A stretch of 59,123 nucleotides of DNA from an uncultured Myxococcales bacterium. Lineage in GTDB: Bacteria; Myxococcota_A; UBA9160; SZUA-336. The translations under genes and the position numbers were made by a program. The stretch lies in contig CAZOTO010000001.1 in NCBI GenBank assembly GCA_964582775.1, forward strand, positions 1 through 59,123. The letters run 5' to 3'. Position 1 is the first letter of the stretch; every line of letters starts with the position of its first letter. A model generated the notes under the pieces. The model worked only from the letters and a program-made list of their open reading frames with translations, made no database searches and had not been told where the DNA came from. Positions 53,056 to 59,123 of the stretch are shown piece after piece.

Positions 53056-54810
53056 ATGCGTCCGCTCGCGATCGGAATCGGTCTCCTCCTCGGTATCGCA
53101 GCGACGCCGGATCGGTCGCTCGCAGCCACCGTGTCGGGAATCGTGACGAGCGAGGCGGGGACCCCGATCCCCCTTGCCCAGGTCACCCTCGCACATGCCC
53201 GTTTCGGCCGGAGCACGACCGTCTACACGGACGGGACGGGGCGCTACCGCGTCGGGGATCTCGCAGCGGGCTCGTACCGGTTCCGCGTGCGCCGGATCGG
53301 TTTCGGCAGCCTCGAGGAGTCGGGGCTCGATCTCGGGACGGACACGGCACTCGAGCGCAACGCGAGCCTTCCCACCCTCCCCAAGTCCGAGTGGATCCAC
53401 GACCTGCCCGCGAGCGATTGGTACGCAGGCGCGAAGTTCTCCCGCCCGGACCTCGGCGCGCAGTTCGCGATCCAGTGCCTCATGTGTCATCAGCAGGGCT
53501 CGAGCACGACGCGAGCCCCGCGCAGCACGGAGGACTGGCAGCGGATCTTCTCCCTGATGGCGGAGTTCGGCGCGATGATGACGCAGGAGCTCTACGACGA
53601 GGCGCCCGAGGTGCTCAACGCCGCGTGGGACTGGACGCAGCGGCCGCTCGACACGTTCCCCGACGAGCCGTCCGTGCTCGATCCCGCGGCCACGGAGGTC
53701 GTGATCGACGAGTGGCTCGTGGGCGAGCCGACCTCGTTCCTGCACGACATCGTGATCGGGAAGGACCAGAGGATCTACGCGGTCGACTGGATCAACGACA
53801 AGCTGTTCCGTTTGGATCCCGGGACGAACGAGATCCGCGAATGGAGCATTCCCAAGGGCGATCTCGAGGTGGGGGGGATCCTCGGCAAGCTCGCCGAGCG
53901 CGGTCGCCGCTACACCCATCACACGCCGACGCTCGCCCCCCACAGCATCCAGGCCGGCCCCGACGGGACGTTGTGGACGACCCTCAGCATCGGGCGTGGT
54001 CTCGCGAGCTTCGATCCCGACACGGAAGAGTTTCGGTCTTTCGACCATCCTCCGCACGTGATGTACCCCCATACGCTGCGCTTCGATCGAACCGGCGACA
54101 TCTGGTACACGGTCTCGATGACGAACCACCTCGGACACTTCTCGCCGGCGACGGGCGAGTTCGAGATCTTCGACCTGCCCACGCGCACCTGGTCGCAGTG
54201 GATCGTCGCTCGCGTCATGCGGCCCTTCGTCTGGATCGCGAACACGTTCGACATCCGCGGACAAGCGGTGGTCTCCGATCCCGAGATCAATCCCGTTCCC
54301 TATGGCATCGACATCGCCCCCGACGGACGGGTGTGGTTCTCGCAGTTCAACAACTGGCGCATCGGGGTGCTCGATCCCGCGACCACGCACATCGAGATGA
54401 TCGACACGCCCTTTCCGGGACCGCGCCGCTTCCGCATCGACTCGAAAGGCGTGCTGTGGATTCCCTCCTACTACGCGGGGCGCTTCTTCCGCTTCGATCC
54501 GGCCACGCGGGAGTTTCGCGAATTTCGCCTTCCGACCGGCGAGGGCGACATGATCTACGCGCTCGCCATCGATCCGCGCGACGACTCCGTGTGGCTGTGC
54601 GGAACGAACTCCGACACGATCGTTCACTTCGATCCGCGCACCGAGGCATTCCGCACGTACCTTCTGCCGAGCAAGGTGAGCTTCACGCGCGAGCTCGAGG
54701 TGGATCGCGAGGGCAATGTGTGGACGAGCACGTCGAACCTGCCCTACTTCCAGATGGAGGGCATGCAGGGGCGCGTGATCCGCCTGCGCTTCCCCGGCTC
54801 ACAGCCGTAG
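53056..54810 (+). CDS. Secreted protein: carboxypeptidase-regulatory-like domain + CxxCH heme-c segment + Vgb/SMP-30-like beta-propeller
   Basis: ATG 53056 with AGGAG upstream and a signal peptide. ..VSGIVTSEAGTPIPLAQVTL..TDGTGRYRVGDLAAGSYRFRV.. CLMCH at 53476-53490. Repeated ..G..W.t.. blades (DGTLWTT, GDIWYTV, GRVWFSQ, GVLWIPS, DSVWLCG, GNVWTST). Confidence 0.75.
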   Translation: MRPLAIGIGLLLGIAATPDRSLAATVSGIVTSEAGTPIPLAQVTLAHARFGRSTTVYTDGTGRYRVGDLAAGSYRFRVRRIGFGSLEESGLDLGTDTALERNASLPTLPKSEWIHDLPASDWYAGAKFSRPDLGAQFAIQCLMCHQQGSSTTRAPRSTEDWQRIFSLMAEFGAMMTQELYDEAPEVLNAAWDWTQRPLDTFPDEPSVLDPAATEVVIDEWLVGEPTSFLHDIVIGKDQRIYAVDWINDKLFRLDPGTNEIREWSIPKGDLEVGGILGKLAERGRRYTHHTPTLAPHSIQAGPDGTLWTTLSIGRGLASFDPDTEEFRSFDHPPHVMYPHTLRFDRTGDIWYTVSMTNHLGHFSPATGEFEIFDLPTRTWSQWIVARVMRPFVWIANTFDIRGQAVVSDPEINPVPYGIDIAPDGRVWFSQFNNWRIGVLDPATTHIEMIDTPFPGPRRFRIDSKGVLWIPSYYAGRFFRFDPATREFREFRLPTGEGDMIYALAIDPRDDSVWLCGTNSDTIVHFDPRTEAFRTYLLPSKVSFTRELEVDREGNVWTSTSNLPYFQMEGMQGRVIRLRFPGSQP

Positions 54811-54896
54811 GTGGCGCGTACCGACGATTCGCAGTCCGGACCGGATCCGAGCGGAGGGAGGGGCCCCCGCGCTTCCGGCACCCCGAGGAGGGACGA

Positions 54897-55721
54897 ATGA
54901 ACGCGCAGAGGGGAAAGCTCGCGGGCCGTGTCGCCGTGATCACGGGAGCGGCCTCGGGCATCGGAGCCGCCACCGCGCGCGAGCTCGTGTCGCTCGGCGC
55001 TCGCGTGGTGCTGGGAGACAGGGATGCAGAGGGCGGAGACGCGATTGCGCGCGAGCTCGACGCGAACGCAGGCGCACACGTCGCCGTCTTCCGCACCACC
55101 GACGTCGCCGTACCGGCCGACGTAGAGGCGCTCGTCGGTACTTCCGCCGAACACTTCGGACGCCTGGACATCCTGTTCAACAACGCAGGGATCGGGTCGT
55201 TCGGCGAGACTCCGGATCTACCCACCGAGGTCTGGCACCACGTGATCGCCGTCGATCTGCACGGCGTGTTCTATGGCTGCAAGGCGGCGATTCCTCTGCT
55301 GCGACGTGCCGGCGGCGGTGCGATCGTGAACACGGCGTCCATCTCGGGCCTCGGCGCAGACCACGGCTTCGCCGCCTACAACGCGGCGAAGGCCGCGGTG
55401 GTGAACTACACCCGCACGCTCGCCCTCGATCACGCGAAGGACGGCATCCGCGTGAACGCGCTCTGTCCCGGCTGGACGGCGACACCGCTCGTGCAGCACA
55501 CGCTCGACATCGAGGCCCTCGCCCGTGCCTGGAAGGAGCGCATCCCGATGGGCCGTGCAGGAACGGCCGAAGAGATGGCGAAGACCGTCGCGTTCCTCGT
55601 GTCCGATGACGCGAGCTACATCACCGGAGCGGCCATCGTCGTGGATGGCGGACTCTCCGCGAGCAACAACCAGCCGAACATCCCGGCGATCCTGTCGCAG
55701 ATGGCGCAGGGCGGAAGCTGA
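54897..55721 (+). CDS. Short-chain dehydrogenase/reductase (SDR)
   Basis: MNAQRGKLAGRVAVITGAASGIGAATA..LFNNAGI..YNAAKAAV..PGWTATP.. This is the 3' end of the artefactual 901-aa ORF 53016..55721. Confidence 0.88.
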   Translation: MNAQRGKLAGRVAVITGAASGIGAATARELVSLGARVVLGDRDAEGGDAIARELDANAGAHVAVFRTTDVAVPADVEALVGTSAEHFGRLDILFNNAGIGSFGETPDLPTEVWHHVIAVDLHGVFYGCKAAIPLLRRAGGGAIVNTASISGLGADHGFAAYNAAKAAVVNYTRTLALDHAKDGIRVNALCPGWTATPLVQHTLDIEALARAWKERIPMGRAGTAEEMAKTVAFLVSDDASYITGAAIVVDGGLSASNNQPNIPAILSQMAQGGS

Positions 55722-55757
55722 GCCGATCCGCACGGCGATGCGCCGGGCGCCACGCCC

Positions 55758-56675
55758 CTACACACGAGTGAGCCAGGACTCGTACTTGGTGTCACGGCCG
55801 CGAACCGCATCGAAGTAGGCAGCCTGGATGGTGCGCGTGATGGGCCCGCGCATTCCGGCACCGATCCGGCGGTCGTCGATCTCGCGGATCGGCGTGACCT
55901 CGGCCGCGGTACCCGTGAAGAACGCCTCATCGGCGATGTAGAGCTCGTCGCGGCTCACCGGTTGTTCGCGAACCTCGATGCCCTTGTCTTGCGCGATGTG
56001 GATCACGGTGTCGCGCGTGATCCCCTCGAGCACGGCTCCGAGGGGAGGGGTCTTCAGTGCGCCGTGGCGAACGATGAAGATGTTCTCACCGCTCGCCTCG
56101 CTCACCATCCCCGAGGTATCGAGCATGATCGCCTCGTCGTAGCCCGAACGCGTCGCCTCGCGCTTCGCCAGGATCGAGTTCACGTAGCTTCCGCAGGTCT
56201 TCGCCTTCGTCATCGACACGTTCGGGTGATGGCGCGTGAACGACGACACCTTCGCGCGGATGCCGCGCTCGAGACCTTCCGCCCCCAGATACGCACCCCA
56301 TGGCCACACGACGATGGCCACGCGCACGGGGTTGTCCTTGGGCAGAAGCCCCATCGAGCCGTCACCAAGGAAGACGAGCGGGCGAATATACCCTTCGGCA
56401 AGCCGATTCACGCGTAGCGTTTCGACCACCGCGCGTTCGAGCTCCTCTGGCTCGAAGGGAACGTCCATCTGCATGATCCGCGCGGAGTCGTACAGCCGCT
56501 GGATATGCTCGGGCAGACGAAACACCGCGCTGCGCCCATCCGCGCACTCGTAGGCGCGGATCCCCTCGAAGACCCCCAATCCGTAGTGCAGCGTATGCGT
56601 GAGGATCGGGACCGTCGCGTCGTCCCACGCCACGAGCTTCCCATCCAGCCAGACCTTCTCGGTCTTCTCCACCAT
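55758..56675 (-). CDS. ilvE: Branched-chain amino acid aminotransferase
   Basis: [80 protein letters not shown].. Confidence 0.9.
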   Translation of the reverse strand: MVEKTEKVWLDGKLVAWDDATVPILTHTLHYGLGVFEGIRAYECADGRSAVFRLPEHIQRLYDSARIMQMDVPFEPEELERAVVETLRVNRLAEGYIRPLVFLGDGSMGLLPKDNPVRVAIVVWPWGAYLGAEGLERGIRAKVSSFTRHHPNVSMTKAKTCGSYVNSILAKREATRSGYDEAIMLDTSGMVSEASGENIFIVRHGALKTPPLGAVLEGITRDTVIHIAQDKGIEVREQPVSRDELYIADEAFFTGTAAEVTPIREIDDRRIGAGMRGPITRTIQAAYFDAVRGRDTKYESWLTRV

Positions 56676-56685
56676 CGCCACGGGT

Positions 56686-58536
56686 CTACCTCGTCTTGTT
56701 CTTCCGGCCGAATCCGAAGCGCGAGGCCGCACCGCCCGGTTCGCGGCGCAGCTCCAGCACGCGAATCTCCTGCGCCGCCTCGACGTGCTCGGGGCGAAGG
56801 TCCAGAACGCGCCGGAACATATTCACTGCCCGGGACGGATCTTCGCAAGCCTTGTACAGCTTGCCGAGGTAGAAGAACCCCGCCGGGGAGTTCGGCGAGA
56901 GCGCGGTGGCCTTCTCCAGGCACTCGATCGCCCGGCGTCTTGCCCCGTCCTCTCCGGATCCTTCCAAGAAGAGCAGCCAGCCGTGGAGGGCATGGAATTC
57001 CCCTTCCTCGGGATCGATCCGGATGGCCGCATCGATCGCCGTGAGCGCCGCCGCGTACTCCTTTCGACGGAGCAGATCCTCGGCGCGCCCGAAGTGGGCT
57101 TCCGCCGTGAGGATATGGGAGGCGCTCCGCGTGCCGCCGGTCCCGTTGGCCAGGCGCGCCTCGTACTGTCGCCGCTGCGCCGGATCGGAGAGAACCTGAT
57201 GCGCCTCGGCAATACGCGCGAACAGCTCGGTGGCGAAAGGACGCACCCGCTCCGCCGCCCCCGTGATCTTGTCGGGGTGATAGCGCTTCGCCAAGCGAAG
57301 GAATGCTCGGCGGATCTCGGCCTCGCTCGCTTCGGACGCAACGCCGAGAACCTCGAAGTGGGTGGCTCCCTCGAAGCGCCTCGCCAGCTCGCGGAGCTCG
57401 GATTCGAGGGCGATCGCCCGGTGCGAGGCAACTGCGGCACCATTCGCGTCTCCGCGAAGCTCGATCGCGCCGAGCAGGGCGAGCCCGTACACCATCGGGC
57501 CATGCTCTGCCGCGAGCGCACCGACGCGCAGCCGAGCCGCGTCCGCGCCGAGCGCATCGAGCAGCGAGGCGGCGGCGGCCTTCGCCTCCGGTCCGATGCG
57601 CTCGGGATCGAGCACGACCTCACACTCCGCATGCGCCCCGAGGAAGCGCTGCAGGTGGCTCGAGCTCATCTGCCCGATTCCCTCGAGCAGGGCCGCCTCG
57701 GGGGGCAGATCGGGGAGCTCCGTCGCGACGGTCACCTCTCGCAGCCCCGGCTCGTGCCACGCCTCGCCCGCGTCCCAGGTGAAGAGCTCGACGAGCTTCT
57801 CACGAGCCTGCTCGCGAAGCGCCCGCTCGAGAACCGGCGGCGTGAGGGCCCCCAGCTCGAGAAGGAGCTCCCCGTGCCGGCGCCCGCTCGATGCCGCGCG
57901 GCGTTGGATCTCGCGAACCATGCGCTCGTCGATCGTACCCGCCGCGAGGAGCCGCCGGGCCAGGGTCTCCTTGGCCAGATTCGATCGCACCGAGCGCGGA
58001 CGCCCGTCGACGAGAACGAGGGTCTTCTGCCGCTTCTCGTGACGGAAGTGGATGGCGCCCGTGAACCCCTCGCGCATCGCCTTCCACAGGATCTCGGCCA
58101 CGGGAACCTCGGCGAGGCGGATGTGCTCGATGTCCTCGGAGGACGCGGGATCCGCAGCCGGCTTCGCGGGGCCGAGCAGCCGATGGAGCCATGCGGCGAG
58201 ATCGCTCGCGGTGAAGGGCTTCGCCAGGAATCCCCTGGCACCGGCCGCCTCTACGTCGCGGGCCGCGTTGCGCCCGCGCAGCACGCCGCTCATCACGAGA
58301 ACCGCGATCGGACGCGTGCGCTCGGAGAGCTGCAGCTCGCGCAGGACGGAATGACCGTCCTTCTTCGGCAAGAGGATGTCGAGCAGGATCAGATCGGGAA
58401 GCTGGCTCGCAACGGCGGACAGGGCGGAGTAACCATCGTGCGCGGTGCGCGTGCGGTAGCCGAGCTTCTCCACGGCGCGGGCCATGCTGCGGACGAGCGT
58501 GACATCGTCGTCGACGATGAGGACTTCCTTGGACAC
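56686..58536 (-). CDS. Multidomain regulator: receiver (REC) + DUF4388-like + DnaJ J-domain + TPR
   Basis: 616 aa: [20 protein letters not shown]; ..[32 protein letters not shown]..; ..[24 protein letters not shown]..; C-terminal TPR-like repeats. Confidence 0.82.
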   Translation of the reverse strand: MSKEVLIVDDDVTLVRSMARAVEKLGYRTRTAHDGYSALSAVASQLPDLILLDILLPKKDGHSVLRELQLSERTRPIAVLVMSGVLRGRNAARDVEAAGARGFLAKPFTASDLAAWLHRLLGPAKPAADPASSEDIEHIRLAEVPVAEILWKAMREGFTGAIHFRHEKRQKTLVLVDGRPRSVRSNLAKETLARRLLAAGTIDERMVREIQRRAASSGRRHGELLLELGALTPPVLERALREQAREKLVELFTWDAGEAWHEPGLREVTVATELPDLPPEAALLEGIGQMSSSHLQRFLGAHAECEVVLDPERIGPEAKAAAASLLDALGADAARLRVGALAAEHGPMVYGLALLGAIELRGDANGAAVASHRAIALESELRELARRFEGATHFEVLGVASEASEAEIRRAFLRLAKRYHPDKITGAAERVRPFATELFARIAEAHQVLSDPAQRRQYEARLANGTGGTRSASHILTAEAHFGRAEDLLRRKEYAAALTAIDAAIRIDPEEGEFHALHGWLLFLEGSGEDGARRRAIECLEKATALSPNSPAGFFYLGKLYKACEDPSRAVNMFRRVLDLRPEHVEAAQEIRVLELRREPGGAASRFGFGRKNKTR

Positions 58537-58655
58537 GTCGGTGGGAGCTCCCGTTGGGGCCGACGGGCGGTCGCCGGCGACGAGAGCTATCGGCCCATCC
58601 CGGGACCGCGTTGAGGCGGCTCGGGAAGCTCCCTGCCACCAACGGCCACCCCTGC

Positions 58656-59123
58656 CTATCGACGCCGGGGCGCACCACCGCCGAGCTGGGCACCGATCCC
58701 CTCGTCGAAGGGGGGTCGGATCACGCCCTCTTCGGTCACGATCGCCGAGACGTACTTCGCGGGCGTCACGTCGAAGGCGGGATGGAGCGCAGCCACGCCC
58801 TCGGGAGCGATGCGCCGGCCCGCGATCACGGTCACCTCGTCGCTCGAGCGCTCCTCGATCGGGATCCCCGCGCCCGTCGGCATGCGGGGATCGATCGTGG
58901 ACACGGGTGCCGCCACCACGAATGGGATCCCGTGGGCGTGGGCGAGCACCGCGTGGGTGTAGGTCCCGATCTTGTTGGCGACGTCGCCATTTCGCGCGAT
59001 GCGGTCCGCGCCCACGACCACCACGTCGATGAGCCCCCGCGCCATGAGCGAGCCCGCCATCGAGTCCGTGACGAGCGTCACGGGGATGCCGTCGCGATGC
59101 AGCTCCCAGGCGGTGAGCCGCGC
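58656..59123 (-). CDS. mtnA: S-methyl-5-thioribose-1-phosphate isomerase (eIF-2B alpha/beta/delta family), C-terminal part; N-terminus beyond the right edge
   Basis: The frame stays open to the window end: [78 protein letters not shown].. Confidence 0.85.
   Translation of the reverse strand, partial: ARLTAWELHRDGIPVTLVTDSMAGSLMARGLIDVVVVGADRIARNGDVANKIGTYTHAVLAHAHGIPFVVAAPVSTIDPRMPTGAGIPIEERSSDEVTVIAGRRIAPEGVAALHPAFDVTPAKYVSAIVTEEGVIRPPFDEGIGAQLGGGAPRRR

Noticed and set aside
53016-55721. 901-aa ORF spanning the propeller gene and the SDR gene
   Set aside because: Only its last 274 codons (from ATG 54897) encode a recognisable SDR. The first ~1.9 kb is an Arg/Pro/Gly-rich alternative frame of the propeller gene, a typical high-GC open-frame artefact.
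1-59123. Window-wide scan for CRISPR arrays, long direct or inverted repeats, IS elements, integrases, toxin-antitoxin pairs, defence-system hallmarks (nucleases, STAND/AAA ATPases, reverse transcriptases) and biosynthetic gene clusters
   Set aside because: Reading the ORF track and the intergenic regions turned up none of these. A computational repeat search (self dot-plot) and HMM scans (PADLOC or DefenseFinder, antiSMASH) would be needed to exclude them formally.

Overview
59.1-kb high-GC bacterial chromosomal fragment with about 55 protein-coding genes. By eye I found no rRNA, tRNA, CRISPR array, transposase, integrase or phage genes.

Left third: a partial class II ribonucleotide reductase (nrdJ) with tandem NrdR-like boxes. 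Next comes a hemerythrin / TetR-DUF2249 fusion / polytopic membrane protein module with a perfect palindromic operator candidate. Then an acyl-CoA carboxyltransferase plus F420 reductase, rsgA, two stacked amidohydrolases, an orphan ~101-aa flagellar-rod-family ORF and a ~0.9-kb coding-poor gap. This is followed by a visibly lower-GC block holding a sensorless histidine kinase, an RND pump and a periplasmic adaptor fused to a CxxCH DUF3365/Tll0287-like domain.

Middle: PAC2, two divergent PilZ genes, pyrF, a fimU-pilV-pilW-pilX-pilY1 type IV minor-pilin operon, acyl-CoA dehydrogenase, HPt + REC-GGDEF, an SDR, tkt, an HDOD-degenerate-GGDEF protein, an IMPase-family protein, two oxidoreductases, ispG and a GNAT.

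Right third: fliC with a sigma-28-like promoter, a GGA-rich leader and tandem terminator hairpins, then fliD-fliS-fliT-like. These are followed directly by a translationally coupled five-gene module:
- a Maf-N/CgeB-like glycosyltransferase
- a GT9 heptosyltransferase-like protein with a 200-aa extension
- an unknown ORF
- a PilZ protein with a large insertion
- a formyltransferase-like/DegT-like fusion lacking the PLP lysine

This module is my best candidate for an undescribed system, namely c-di-GMP-linked modification of the flagellar filament. After it come a lipoprotein, a heme-c beta-propeller protein, an SDR, ilvE, a REC-DUF4388-DnaJ-TPR regulator and partial mtnA.

Gene content hints at an uncultured Myxococcota-like or Gemmatimonadota-like lineage, but taxonomy cannot be settled from this window. 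All family assignments come from motif recognition by eye, not from searches.
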